This document shows positions 10,443-20,770 of a stretch of 64,000 bases of DNA, in pieces (positions within the stretch are counted from its first letter, which is position 1; each line of letters starts with the position of its first letter). The DNA comes from Acidobacteriota bacterium. GTDB lineage: Bacteria > Acidobacteriota > UBA6911 > RPQK01 > JAJDTT01. Under the pieces are notes generated by a model, which was given only the letters and a program-made list of their open reading frames with translations, made no database searches and was not told where the DNA came from. The stretch spans positions 672,001 through 736,000 of the forward strand of contig OZ242374.1 of assembly GCA_965209055.1 (NCBI GenBank), given 5' to 3'. Both the position numbers and the translations under genes were made by a program.

Positions 10443-10518
10443 GGAGCGGCGGTTTCCAACCGCCGATTCCCAGCAAACACTGAAGAACAGAGGGGGACAG
10501 GAATGCCCCCCCTTCCTA
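10443..10518. repeat. Two REP-like hairpins between convergent genes
   Basis: GGAGCGGCGGTTTCCAACCGCCG at 10443-10465; AGGGGGACAGGAATGCCCCCCCTTCCTA at 10491-10518. Confidence 0.75.
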
Positions 10519-10524
10519 TCGCCC

Positions 10525-12828
10525 CTACGGGGCTCGATTCAATTCTCTCAACAGATCCAAGGCGGATTGCCGGATGGCGGGGTCCCGGCTCTCGGACGCC
10601 TTCCGCAAATGGGTCATCGCCTGTTGCAGATTCCCCGAGAGGGCGAGGACGGCACCGTAGCTGTAGTGCGTCCGATGATGGGCAGGGTTCAGTTCCAGGG
10701 CCTTCTCGAAATAGGTGACGGCCTCTTCGATCTTGCCATCTGACGCCAGAATCTCCGCCATCAAACTGTGAGCGTCCGTCCGCTTGGGGTCCAGCTTGAG
10801 TGCGTCGTCCAGATAGTTCCGAGCCCGCTCGTAGAGCCCCCTCTGGGCCAGGATGGCCGCATAGTCCAGGTAGATCTGCACGTCCGACGGATTGTTTTCG
10901 ATAGCCCTCTCAAGATGAAATTCCGCCTCGCCCCAGTCTCCCCGAGCCACCAGGACGGTGGCGAGATTGTGATGGGCGGCCGGCAAATCCGGCTCCAGTC
11001 GGACAGCCTCGCGCAACACCGTTTCCGCCTCGCCGAACAGCCCGGTTTCAAGCAGAAGCGCTCCCAGGTTGCTGTGCGCCTCCGAGCGCTCCGGGTCCGG
11101 CTTGATGGCTTCCCTCAAGGTCTTCACCGCTTCGTCGACCCGCCCCGCTTCCCGGTGGAGGAGAGCCAGGTCGTTGAGAATCGCTCCCGGCTCCGGATCG
11201 TTCCGTGACGCCCGCTCCAGGACGGTCACGGCCCGGGAAAGCTGGCCGGACCGGGCCAGGGCCAGTCCCTGGCGGTGAAGGGCGGACCAAAAATCGGGCT
11301 GCCGGCGCAGGGCCTCCTCATACATGGGAATCGCCTTGGCGAACTGCCCCGTCTCGAAATAGGCCTCGCCCAGATGATGGTAAAACTCGGGCTCCGACGG
11401 CTGGTGGGTCTGGATCGCTCTCTCCAGATTCGCGATTCCCGCTTCCAGATTCGACTTGTCCTCCACTTGCGCCACGGCCAGATAGAGTTCCTTATCACGC
11501 GTTGCGACCCGGCTCGGATAGTAGAGCTTCACTTCGCCTTGATACGGCCTCCGGTAAAAGGGTTCCTCCTCCAATGGGGCCAGAAGATCCCGCTCCGGCT
11601 TGAAACGCTGGATGTAGTGATCGGTCATCACGGCGTGAACGACGTCGTCGGTCCGGCGCTTCGGCATGTGACAGGTCAGGCATTCCGACGACGAAGTGTG
11701 TTCCCTTGACGCGATCTGCTCGTCGAGCGCCGACGCGTGGCAGCTCCGGCAGACTTCCGCGTAATGGCGCGCGGCGGCCTCTCCCCGGGGGATGTCATGA
11801 GGATCATGGCAGGTGACGCAGGTCATCGCTCCGCCGCTCTCCTGGAAACAGAGTGACTGGCGCAGCCGGTAGGCGGCATTGACGATGACGAACTTGTCGT
11901 CATGTCCGGCGCCCGGGGCATGATCGAAATGGAGGACGTAGTTGGCCAGTTCCTCGCCCGGCCGAAAGGAGAACACGCCCCGCCCGTAGCGGTGAATGAA
12001 CGGCGGCAGCCGGGCGCTGGTGGTCTCCAAATGGCACTGCATGCAGACTTCCATCTGCCGCTCCGGACTCATCCTTCCCGGGTTTTGAATGCTGGCTCGA
12101 ACCGCTTCCAACGAGCCGTCCTCCTTCTTTGCCACGGCGACGTGGTCCTGCCCGGGCCCGTGGCAGCGCTGACAGTCGATGCCTTCCGGGATGTTCCCCC
12201 TGAAATAGGAGGGCCGTCCGAAGGAGTCGCTTCCCGGCTCGATCTCCGGATACGCGTTGTGACAGAACATGCAGCCGTGATGGATTCTCCGCTGGAATCC
12301 ATGGTGGGAACGCGAGTCGTAGCCGGGACTCATGGCCCAGAAAGACCCCTTCTCGCTGTACCAGCTCACCGGAAGCTCGAAGAGCTTGCCGTCGGGCGCG
12401 TGGTGGAGGTAGGTCCGCGTCCGGTTGCCGGAGCCCACTACGAAGTGGATCTCCTTCTCCACCACGTTGACTTCCTTGCCGCCGTACCCGATCTGGTGGC
12501 GCCGCTGGAAGTACCGGCCGTCCCGCTCGAACATGGTGTAGTAGCGCTTTGAGGCCGCGTGGTAGTAGACGTTGTTTCCGGTCCAGTCTTCGACCGCCTT
12601 CTCGGGCCGCATTCGATAGAAAGAGCGGCCCATCCCCGTATGTTGGTAGGTCTTGTAGATATCCGAATGACAGGGCCGGCAGGAATCGGCGCCGAGGTAG
12701 CCGGCGTCATTCCCGGATACGGGAAGAGGTTCCGGAGCTTGACCGGAACGCCAGAAGGCGGCACCGAGGATGAAGGCTGGAATCAGCAGAAACAAGGCCG
12801 GGGAGGACTTCAAAACCGCCGTCAGCAT
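10525..12828 (-). CDS. Multihaem (7 CxxCH) cytochrome c554-like domain fused to C-terminal TPR repeats
   Basis: CRPCH, CMFCH, CQRCH, CMQCH, CVTCH, CRSCH, CLTCH; N-terminal hydrophobic signal; TPR-type helical repeats in the C-terminal half. Confidence 0.9.
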   Translation of the reverse strand: MLTAVLKSSPALFLLIPAFILGAAFWRSGQAPEPLPVSGNDAGYLGADSCRPCHSDIYKTYQHTGMGRSFYRMRPEKAVEDWTGNNVYYHAASKRYYTMFERDGRYFQRRHQIGYGGKEVNVVEKEIHFVVGSGNRTRTYLHHAPDGKLFELPVSWYSEKGSFWAMSPGYDSRSHHGFQRRIHHGCMFCHNAYPEIEPGSDSFGRPSYFRGNIPEGIDCQRCHGPGQDHVAVAKKEDGSLEAVRASIQNPGRMSPERQMEVCMQCHLETTSARLPPFIHRYGRGVFSFRPGEELANYVLHFDHAPGAGHDDKFVIVNAAYRLRQSLCFQESGGAMTCVTCHDPHDIPRGEAAARHYAEVCRSCHASALDEQIASREHTSSSECLTCHMPKRRTDDVVHAVMTDHYIQRFKPERDLLAPLEEEPFYRRPYQGEVKLYYPSRVATRDKELYLAVAQVEDKSNLEAGIANLERAIQTHQPSEPEFYHHLGEAYFETGQFAKAIPMYEEALRRQPDFWSALHRQGLALARSGQLSRAVTVLERASRNDPEPGAILNDLALLHREAGRVDEAVKTLREAIKPDPERSEAHSNLGALLLETGLFGEAETVLREAVRLEPDLPAAHHNLATVLVARGDWGEAEFHLERAIENNPSDVQIYLDYAAILAQRGLYERARNYLDDALKLDPKRTDAHSLMAEILASDGKIEEAVTYFEKALELNPAHHRTHYSYGAVLALSGNLQQAMTHLRKASESRDPAIRQSALDLLRELNRAP

Positions 12829-12969
12829 AGCAAAAGCGCCGAGAATCCCTCAAACCTGATTTTGTTGATCCTACGCTCCTCTGGGCCTCCTGGCCGTTGT
12901 ATACTCATCGCCGACACCAACCCCCAACGGAGTTCAACAGCGATCGCAAGCGTCTTGAATCGGCTCGCC

Positions 12970-13911
12970 ATGTTCCCACTGTTCCCGCTCCTGCTGGCTC
13001 TCGGCGGGACCGCTCTGGGGGCAAACCTCGACGCGCTCGACGCCAAGGAAACCGAAGAAGGCGTCTTGATCACGGAGGGCGGCCAACCGGTCCTTTTTTA
13101 CCAGCGGCGCACCAAGTCTCATCGGGGCAAGATGCCCCGGGCCAACTACATTCATCCGCTGTATGGCCTGGATGGCCATGTTCTGACGGAAGATTTTCCT
13201 GAAGATCATCTTCACCACCGAGGCGTCTTCCTCGGGTGGCACCAACTCACCGTCGACGGAAAGCCCGCAGGGAACCCGTGGCGGGCAGAGAATATGGATT
13301 TCGATGTGCGCAACGTCGAGATCCTGTCCGATGACAACAATCGGCTGACTCTAGCCACTCATGTCTGGTGGAGATCCCATGTCCTGCGCGAATCCAACGG
13401 CGATCCCAAACCGATCGTTCGGGAAAAGGTGAAGGTCCGAGTCGGCGCCGTCCGGGACGACATCCGTCCCATCGATTTCGACATCCGGCTGCAAGCCATG
13501 GTCGATGGCGTCCGGCTGGGTGGGTCCGCGGGAAAGAAAGCCTATGGGGGCTTTACGATCCGGCTCGGCTTGCCGGAAGACACCCGTTTCACCAGCGAGA
13601 TAGGGGAGCTCGAGCCCATAGAGACTCCGCTGACGGCTGGTCCCTGGATGGATCTGACCGGCACGTTCGACGCCGAGACCGGAGTTTCCGGGTTGACCAT
13701 ACTTTGCCATCCGGAGACGCCGGGAATGCCCCGCCGTTGGGTCTTGCGCCGGGGTAGAAGCATGCAGAACCAAGTCTACCCCGGGCGGGTTCCGGTCCCG
13801 ATCTCCAAGGAGACGCCCGTCCGGCTGCGTTATCGAATGCTGATCCACCGGGGTGAGCTGGCCCCGGAAAGAATCGCGGAAATGTTGCGGCAATATGGAG
13901 AGGACAAGTGA
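12970..13911 (+). CDS. DUF6807/'PmoA'-named family secreted protein (not methane monooxygenase)
   Basis: Signal peptide from ATG 12970; NYIHPLYGLDG, TEDFPEDHLHHRG, KAYGGF, LRYRMLIH. Confidence 0.8.
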   Translation: MFPLFPLLLALGGTALGANLDALDAKETEEGVLITEGGQPVLFYQRRTKSHRGKMPRANYIHPLYGLDGHVLTEDFPEDHLHHRGVFLGWHQLTVDGKPAGNPWRAENMDFDVRNVEILSDDNNRLTLATHVWWRSHVLRESNGDPKPIVREKVKVRVGAVRDDIRPIDFDIRLQAMVDGVRLGGSAGKKAYGGFTIRLGLPEDTRFTSEIGELEPIETPLTAGPWMDLTGTFDAETGVSGLTILCHPETPGMPRRWVLRRGRSMQNQVYPGRVPVPISKETPVRLRYRMLIHRGELAPERIAEMLRQYGEDK

Positions 13912-13955
13912 TTTACGCCCCTCGGGAACGAACAGCCTCTCCTTCCTGATTCCCT

Positions 13956-14981
13956 ATGCAACCTCCGGCCTACAAGGTGGCTGCCGCTCACGTGGCCCCG
14001 GTGTTCCTCGACCAAGAAGCCACGCTGGAAAAGGCCTGCGCCCTGATCGGCGAAGCCGCCCGCAACGGCGCTCAGCTCATCGTCTTTCCGGAGACTTACA
14101 TACCGGCCTTCCCACTCTGGTGCGCCCTGCAGGCCCCCATCGAAAACCATGCTCTTTTCTGCCAGCTCGCTGGCGGCAGTCTGCGGGTGGACGGGCCGGA
14201 AATCGGCATGGTTGCAGACGCGGCCCGCCGCAGCGGCATTTTCGTCTCCCTGGGATTCAACGAGGTCTCGCCAATCAGCGACGGGTGCCTCTGGAACGCC
14301 AACATCCTCTTGAGCGACCGGGGGGACCTGCTTTGCCACCACCGCAAGCTGGTTCCGACCTTTTACGAGAAACTGGTCTGGGCGCCCGGGGACGGCAGCG
14401 GACTTCAGGTGTCCGAGACCCGGCTGGGTCGAGTGGGGATGCTGATTTGCGGAGAGAACACCAATCCGCTGGCCCGTTTTGCCCTGCTGGCCCAGGGCGA
14501 ACAGGTCCATCTCTCCACCTACCCGCCCATGTGGCCCACCCGAAATCCCGCCACCGGCGGCAACTACGATCTCAAGCAGGCGATACTGATTCGGGCCGGC
14601 GCCCATTCCTTCGAAGGCAAGGTCTTCAACGTGGTGGCCTCCGGCTTCCTGGATGCGGCGGCCCGGGAGCTTCTGGGCCGACTGACCCCGGAGGCCGGGA
14701 GCGTTTTGGACGGGAGCCCCAGAGGCATCTCGGTGGTCATGGGTCCGGAGGGAACCCCGGTCAGCCAGATTCTCCAGGACGAGGAAGGCCTCCTCTACGC
14801 CGAAATCGATCTCTCCCAAACGGTGGCTCCCAAGCAGATCCACGACGTGGTGGGCGGGTACAACCGGTTCGACGTCTTCAAGCTCACCGTGGACCGGTCC
14901 TCCAGATCGCCCGTCAACTTCGAAACCACAGACCCTCGTCTCCAATCGGTTGATGCCGACCCACTCGAAGAGGAGGCATGA
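13956..14981 (+). CDS. Nitrilase (carbon-nitrogen hydrolase)
   Basis: Catalytic triad contexts FPET, HRKLVPT, ICGEN; HDVVGGYNRFDVF tail. Confidence 0.92.
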   Translation: MQPPAYKVAAAHVAPVFLDQEATLEKACALIGEAARNGAQLIVFPETYIPAFPLWCALQAPIENHALFCQLAGGSLRVDGPEIGMVADAARRSGIFVSLGFNEVSPISDGCLWNANILLSDRGDLLCHHRKLVPTFYEKLVWAPGDGSGLQVSETRLGRVGMLICGENTNPLARFALLAQGEQVHLSTYPPMWPTRNPATGGNYDLKQAILIRAGAHSFEGKVFNVVASGFLDAAARELLGRLTPEAGSVLDGSPRGISVVMGPEGTPVSQILQDEEGLLYAEIDLSQTVAPKQIHDVVGGYNRFDVFKLTVDRSSRSPVNFETTDPRLQSVDADPLEEEA

Positions 14982-15058
14982 CCAACGTGCCCGCCACGCC
15001 AAAATTTCCTCGTCCTTTGTCACTCTTTTCTCATTCCTCATTCCTGTAGACTGACGCA

Positions 15059-16465
15059 ATGATTCGACCAGCGAAGCAGCACTCCACATTCGGCCTTCTT
15101 GCATCGATCTCCTTCCTGCTCCTTGGTTTCGCTGCCTGCAGTCCTCCCGAGAGCGCCCCTGATGTCCAGACATCTGGGGAGACTTGGGAAAAGCCGAACA
15201 TCGTCCTGATCCTGGCGGACGATCTGGGTTACGGAGACCTGGGCCTCTACGGCCATCCCGAGGCCAAGACTCCCAACATCGACCGCCTGGCCATGGAGGG
15301 CGCGCATTTCACCCAGCATTACGCCAACGGGCCGGAGTGCACGCCGACCCGGACGGCACTCTTGACCGGGCGTTATCAGCAACGGGCCGGCGGACTGGAG
15401 TGCGCCATCGGCACCGGCAACGTGGGCCGTTACGACGACGCCATCCGGTTGGCCGAGCAACGGGAGTTGGGGCTTCCGCCGGAGCTAGCGGTGATGCCCG
15501 GGGCATTGAAGGAATCCGGCTACGTCTCCGGCACCTTCGGCAAGTGGCACCTGGGTTACGAACCGCATTTCAACCCGCTGGAACACGGCTGGGACGAGTT
15601 TTTCGGCTACCAGGGCGGCAACGTGCACTACTTCAACCACCGGGAATTGAGCGACCTGCACGTCCTCTTCGACGGAAGAATGCCGGTCTATCGGGAAGGG
15701 TATATGACCCACCTGATCACCGACTCATCCATCGATTTCATCCAGCGGCACAAAGACCGTCCCATGTTTCTCTATGTGGCCCACGAAACACCTCACTTCC
15801 CTTTTCAGGGGCCCGAGGACCAGGACAAGGTGGTCACCAAGGAGAACTGGATGGAGAGTGACCCGGCCACCTACGTCGCCATGCTGGAGGACATGGATTC
15901 GGAAGTCGGGCGGTTGCTTGCTGCCATCGACGACGCAGGGCTCCGGGAAAAGACCATCGTCATCTTCGTCTCGGACAACGGCGGACTGAAGGGGGCAGCC
16001 AACATGGCTCCCTTGCGAGGCGCCAAGGGGACGACGCTGGAAGGAGGCATCCGCGTCCCCCTCATCATTCGCTGGCCCGGCCGTATCGAAGCGGAGACCA
16101 AGAGCGAACAGGTCTCTGCGACCTTCGACCTGACTCGATCGTTCCTCAAATTGGCCGGGGCCGGCGTGCCGGCGGAACGGCTGGACGGCTACGACATCAT
16201 CGGTCACGTGGCGGAGAACCGCGAAGATTTCGACCGCACGTTGTTCTGGCGCGGCCGGCGCGGCGACAGGACCTGGGCCGCCGTGCGCGACAGCGATCTC
16301 AAGTACATCCGACTGATCGAAGGTGAGCGGACGGAGGAATGGATGTACAATCTCTCCACCGACATCCACGAGGACAACGACCTGCTCAAAACCAGATCGG
16401 AAGACGCCGATCGATTGAAGGGACTCCTGGGCCAATGGGAAGCCGATATGAAGCCGGCACGGTGA
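15059..16465 (+). CDS. Sulfatase (formylglycine type), probable lipoprotein
   Basis: PNIVLILADDLG, CTPTR, GKWHLG, SDNG, EGGIRVP; FAAC lipobox. Confidence 0.93.
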   Translation: MIRPAKQHSTFGLLASISFLLLGFAACSPPESAPDVQTSGETWEKPNIVLILADDLGYGDLGLYGHPEAKTPNIDRLAMEGAHFTQHYANGPECTPTRTALLTGRYQQRAGGLECAIGTGNVGRYDDAIRLAEQRELGLPPELAVMPGALKESGYVSGTFGKWHLGYEPHFNPLEHGWDEFFGYQGGNVHYFNHRELSDLHVLFDGRMPVYREGYMTHLITDSSIDFIQRHKDRPMFLYVAHETPHFPFQGPEDQDKVVTKENWMESDPATYVAMLEDMDSEVGRLLAAIDDAGLREKTIVIFVSDNGGLKGAANMAPLRGAKGTTLEGGIRVPLIIRWPGRIEAETKSEQVSATFDLTRSFLKLAGAGVPAERLDGYDIIGHVAENREDFDRTLFWRGRRGDRTWAAVRDSDLKYIRLIEGERTEEWMYNLSTDIHEDNDLLKTRSEDADRLKGLLGQWEADMKPAR

Positions 16466-16516
16466 CCGCGCCGATAAATTGTGTGTTTACGGGTCCGTAG
16501 AGCGAGGAACAACCTA

Positions 16517-17898
16517 TGACGACGCAAAACAACCATCATGCCCAATCCGGCCAGGACACCACGGAATCACGCCGGACCTTCATGAGATCGGTGGCGGCCG
16601 GAACCGTCGGCGCCGGATTGTCTCTGGGATTCAACGCGTCGAGCTACGCCAAGGTGAAGGACGCGAACGACCGTGTTCGAGTCGCCGTGGTAGGTCTGCG
16701 CGGGATGGGATGGGGTCACGTCACGGGCTACGCGGGACTCGAAAACGTCGAGGTGGCGGCCCTCTGCGATGTGGACGAGAACATCAGCGCCAAGCGGGTC
16801 AAGGAGATGGACGAAATGGGCTTGCCGCGGCCCGCAACCTATTACGACCTGCGCCACGTGCTGGACGATCCCACCATCGACGCCATCAGCGTGGCGACTC
16901 CGAATCACTGGCATGCCCTGGCCGGTTTCTGGGCGGCTCAGGCCGGCAAGCACGCCACCCTGGAAAAACCGGGCACCCACAACCATTTCGAAGGGCAGCA
17001 GCTCATCAAGGCGGCCGAGAGATATGATCGCCTGATTCAGCACCACGCGGAGCGCCGGACCTTCAAGGGCTACAAGGCCGCCATGAAGTTCCTGCACGAA
17101 GGCGGACTCGGCGAGGTCTACCTGGCGAAGGGGATGTGCTACAAGTGGCGCAACACCATCAAACGGAAGGGCCCCGAAGCCGTTCCCCCCGGCGTCCACT
17201 ACGATCTCTGGCTGGGACCCGCGCCCAAGCGCGAGTTCACCCGGAACCGCTTCCACTACAACTGGCACTGGCACTGGGACTACGGCAACGGAGACATCGG
17301 CAACCAGGGCGCCCACCAGGTGGATATCGCGCGCTGGGGCCTGGGCGTCACCCTGCCGACCAAGATCTCTTCCATGGGCGGGCATTTCATGTTCGACGAC
17401 GACCAGGAGACCCCCAACACCCAAATGGCTCTCTTCGAGTTCCCCAGCGAAGAGGGGGGCGGCGACAAGAAGAAAATCATGCAGTTCGAAGTCCGCCACT
17501 GGGTCACCAACCACGAAGGTGGACTGGGGAAAGGGGCCGGCAACAACATCGGCAACCTCTTCTACGGCTCCGAAGGGTACATGGTGATCGACGGAGGCGG
17601 GAACTGGCGGACCTACATGGGCAAGGGACGGGAACCGGGTCCGTCAGGCAGCGGCGGCGGAGACATGTTCCGCAACTTCGTGGAGGCCATCCGCGCCAAC
17701 GACCGCTCCATCATGGAAGGGGACATCGTCGAGGGCCATCACAGTTGCGCGCTGATTCACATGGCCAATACTTCGTACCGCCTGGGCCGAACCCTGGACT
17801 TCGATCCCGTCACGGAGCGCTACCTCGGCGACGACGAAGCCAACGCCATGCTGACCCGGAACTATCGGGCGCCCTACGTGATTCCGGAGAAGTTCTAG
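16517..17898 (+). CDS. Tat-exported Gfo/Idh/MocA oxidoreductase (ATG at 16516)
   Basis: SRRTFM; VAVVGLRGMG, ATPNHWH, EKP, YDLWLGPAP, GDIGNQGAHQVD. Confidence 0.92.
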
Positions 17899-17947
17899 GA
17901 CGGGGATGGGGAGAAAACGGCGGCCCGGGTAACAGCGGCGGCGCTCG

Positions 17948-19108
17948 TCACACGCCGCGCTCGAGCGGATGCGTGCGATTCTTGAGCGGAAACGTCACCC
18001 GTGCGCCCGTCAACTGGGACTGGTAGACGGACGAGATCATCTCGGTGGTCCAGCGGCCGTCATACTCGTTGACGGCCGGTTCACGATCTTCCTCGATGGC
18101 CTGCAACAGGTCGGCCACCATGAGGGTGGCCAACTGGTTCGATCCGGCCCGCTCTTCCGCAGTGAGTTCGATGGGTTCCCACGCTCCGCTGTGCCAATCG
18201 GGAGAGCGAAGGATTGCCGCGCCTGATACGGTCGGCAGGTAGATCACACCCTTGCTGCCATAGAGGTAGATTCCGAAGCGCCGTCCCGTCTTGACGTCGT
18301 TTGCCTTGGATCCGAAGTAGGCATGGACGCCTTGACCCAGATAGAACATGGCGGCGACCTGGTCTCCCGCCAGCGCTCCCATGCTTCCTGGTCCCTGCTT
18401 CTCGCGGGCGTGGCTTCGTTTCATTTCGGATTCGTGCTCCGTCACGTGAGCGAACACCCATTTCGGGTTGCCGGCAAACATCCTCAACAGATGCATCAGG
18501 TGGCACCCCAGCACCATCAGGTCCTCGCCGCCGGCGCGCCGGTCTTCCTTGCCGCGGGCACGGATCTCCTGAAGCACGCCGATCTCGCCTTGCCGGACCA
18601 TCTGCAGGACACGCCGCGTCATGGGCAGCGTTGCGGTCACGAAGCCAACCTGCACTTTCACGCCGCTCTTCCGGATAGCCTTTACCATGGCGTCCGCTTC
18701 CACCAGATCGCGCGCGAACGGTTTCTCCATCAGGATATGGGCGCCTGACTCGGCGGCGGCCGTGACCATCTCCAAGCGGTGGTCCAGGGCGTGGGGACAG
18801 ATTGCCACCAGGTCGGGATTCTCCTTGCGGAGCATTTCCTGGTAGTCGCGGTAGCCTTGCTTCGCTCCGGTGTGGGCCATGACCTCTTTTCGACCGGTGG
18901 CGTCCGGGTCGGCGACCGCTACGACGTCGATAGAATCGAAGGGATTGAAGGCCTCGTCCCAACCGTGGCCGTAGCCGCCCACGCCGGTGTGACCGATGAC
19001 GGCGGCGCGGTATTTTCTGCTGGCCGAATAGAGACTTGAGGTGCTGCCGGTGAGGTGGGTTGCCGCCCAGGCTCCGGCAGTGGAGGTGATGAAATGGCGT
19101 CTGTTCAT
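17948..19108 (-). CDS. Tat-exported Gfo/Idh/MocA oxidoreductase
   Basis: MNRRHFIT start; IGHTGVGGYGH, MEKP, RGKEDRRAGGEDL. The ORF-track N-terminal extension is translated REP DNA. Confidence 0.88.
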   Translation of the reverse strand: MNRRHFITSTAGAWAATHLTGSTSSLYSASRKYRAAVIGHTGVGGYGHGWDEAFNPFDSIDVVAVADPDATGRKEVMAHTGAKQGYRDYQEMLRKENPDLVAICPHALDHRLEMVTAAAESGAHILMEKPFARDLVEADAMVKAIRKSGVKVQVGFVTATLPMTRRVLQMVRQGEIGVLQEIRARGKEDRRAGGEDLMVLGCHLMHLLRMFAGNPKWVFAHVTEHESEMKRSHAREKQGPGSMGALAGDQVAAMFYLGQGVHAYFGSKANDVKTGRRFGIYLYGSKGVIYLPTVSGAAILRSPDWHSGAWEPIELTAEERAGSNQLATLMVADLLQAIEEDREPAVNEYDGRWTTEMISSVYQSQLTGARVTFPLKNRTHPLERGV

Positions 19109-19137
19109 TTGTTTCCTCGGTGATCCTGGGGAATTGA

Positions 19138-19304
19138 AGGGGGACTCCGTCCCCCTCGACCCCCTGGAGACCGGCGGTAGGAAAACCGCCGGTCCCATCG
19201 GCGGCAAGAAAGCCGCCGCTCCATTCGGCGGCAAGGATGCCGCTGCTCCTTTTCGGCGATTGGAAATCGCCGATCCTTCGGGGGTTAACAACCCCCGCTC
19301 CTAC
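19138..19304 (-). repeat. Tandem array of six REP-like hairpins (BIME-like)
   Basis: On the minus strand, five units of about 26 nt, GGA[G/T/C]C-stem-loop (CGGGGG/CCCCCG, CGGCGA/TCGCCG, CGGCGG/CCGCCG), plus an AGGGGGAC..GTCCCCCT hairpin. Confidence 0.85.
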
Positions 19305-20629
19305 TGGTCTACGTCCTGCTCCCAGTTCGCGTACAGGCGCTTGATTTCTTCCACGAGTTCCGGCTTCTCGTAGGTCAGTGTCTGACGTTCACTCGGGTCG
19401 GTCCTCAGATCGAACAACATGTCCACCTGCTCCACGCCGTCCAGGACGTACTTCCAGTGCCCCTTGCGGACCGCCTTCTGTACGTAGCACTGCCAGTAGG
19501 GCCGCTGTGGATTGCATTCGCCCACGAACTTGACGCGCCAGAAGAAGGTGCGCTCCTGAAGAGGCTTCTCTCCGCTCAGGATGGGGAGGATGTCGATGCC
19601 GTCCAGGGTGCGTCCCTCCGGAGGGGCGCTCCCCGTGGCCGCCAGGATAGTGGCCGAATAATCCATGGTGATGACCGCCTGATCGGAGGTCTTGCCGGCC
19701 GGGAGGCGCTTCGGCCAACGGACCAGGCCGGGGACTCGAATCCCGCCCTCCCACAATGTGGCCTTGTGATTGAAAAAAGGTGCGGTGCGCGAGAGGCGCT
19801 CGCCTCCGTTGTCGCTGGTGAAGATGACCAGGGTGTTGGAAGCCAGACCCTTCCGGTCGAGCACATCCAGAATTTCGCCGACCCCGTCGTCGATTGCCTC
19901 GACCATGCCGTTGTAGTCCTCGCGGGTCCCCTCCAGCCGATTTTCCGCCGTCGCAACCCAGCGCCGGTTCGGTGGCTGGAACGGCCAGTGAGGTGCGTTG
20001 TAGGAGACGAAGAGGAAGAACGGCTCGCCCGCGTGGCGTTCGATGAAGTCGACGGACCGCTCGGTGATGAGATGGGTCATGTACCCATCTTTTTTCACCG
20101 GTTTGGTGTTTTCGTAGAGATCGGGAAAACCTCTCTCCGGGATCACTTCGCGATGGGTGTAGAAATCGATGTTTGCACCCAGGAAACCAAAAAACTCATC
20201 GAATCCGTGGGCATTCGGTCCCGTCTCGGGGGTGATTCCCACGTGCCACTTCCCCATCAGTCCCGTCGCATAGCCGTTGTTCTTCACCATCCTGGCCACG
20301 GATGTCTCCGACGTGGACAGTCCCGGAGATCCCGCGCCCGCGAACGCCCATTCGATTCCACTCCGCTGTTGGTAGCGTCCGGTAAGAAAAGCGATGCGCG
20401 TCGGCGTGCACACCGGGGCCGCCGCGTAATTGTCTGTGAGTTTGACTCCCTCCCGAGCCATGCGGTCCAGGTGAGGGGTCTGGAGATCCGTGGCGCCGTA
20501 GGGCCCCACGTCGCCATATCCCATATCGTCGACCAGAATGAAGATAACGTTCGGTTTGTCACCGGCTTCAGCGTCCGGCTGCATGGAGACGGCGAGCAAG
20601 AGACCGAATATCGTCGAGCACCACTTCAT
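19301..20629 (-). CDS. Sulfatase (formylglycine type), secreted
   Basis: AGGAGG RBS, ATG 20629 (MKWCSTIFGLLL); PNVIFILVDDMG, CTPTR, GKWH, SDNG, WEGGIRVP. Confidence 0.93.
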   Translation of the reverse strand: MKWCSTIFGLLLAVSMQPDAEAGDKPNVIFILVDDMGYGDVGPYGATDLQTPHLDRMAREGVKLTDNYAAAPVCTPTRIAFLTGRYQQRSGIEWAFAGAGSPGLSTSETSVARMVKNNGYATGLMGKWHVGITPETGPNAHGFDEFFGFLGANIDFYTHREVIPERGFPDLYENTKPVKKDGYMTHLITERSVDFIERHAGEPFFLFVSYNAPHWPFQPPNRRWVATAENRLEGTREDYNGMVEAIDDGVGEILDVLDRKGLASNTLVIFTSDNGGERLSRTAPFFNHKATLWEGGIRVPGLVRWPKRLPAGKTSDQAVITMDYSATILAATGSAPPEGRTLDGIDILPILSGEKPLQERTFFWRVKFVGECNPQRPYWQCYVQKAVRKGHWKYVLDGVEQVDMLFDLRTDPSERQTLTYEKPELVEEIKRLYANWEQDVDQ

Positions 20630-20770
20630 TTGCGTTTTCCTCCTCCTGGATGACAACGGTAGTGCCGCCCGCATCCTTGCTGGAGCGAGTATACGTTCTC
20701 GATGCAGCAAGGGCACGGGTGCAGCTATCGGCAGCGGGCGCTTTCCAATAGAATGAGCCTCAACCTGACC

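Noticed and set aside
6667-10476. 1269-aa minus-strand ORF and many other long antisense ORFs
   Set aside because: Shadow frames of well-supported plus-strand genes, expected from high-GC codon bias; no recognisable motifs
12970-13911. Methane monooxygenase (PmoA family name)
   Set aside because: Soluble secreted protein with no pmoCAB context; the family label is misleading
19138-19304. Possible CRISPR arrays (also 39110-39280)
   Set aside because: Repeats are divergent and nearly abutting, with no 30-40 nt unique spacers and no cas genes; REP clusters fit better
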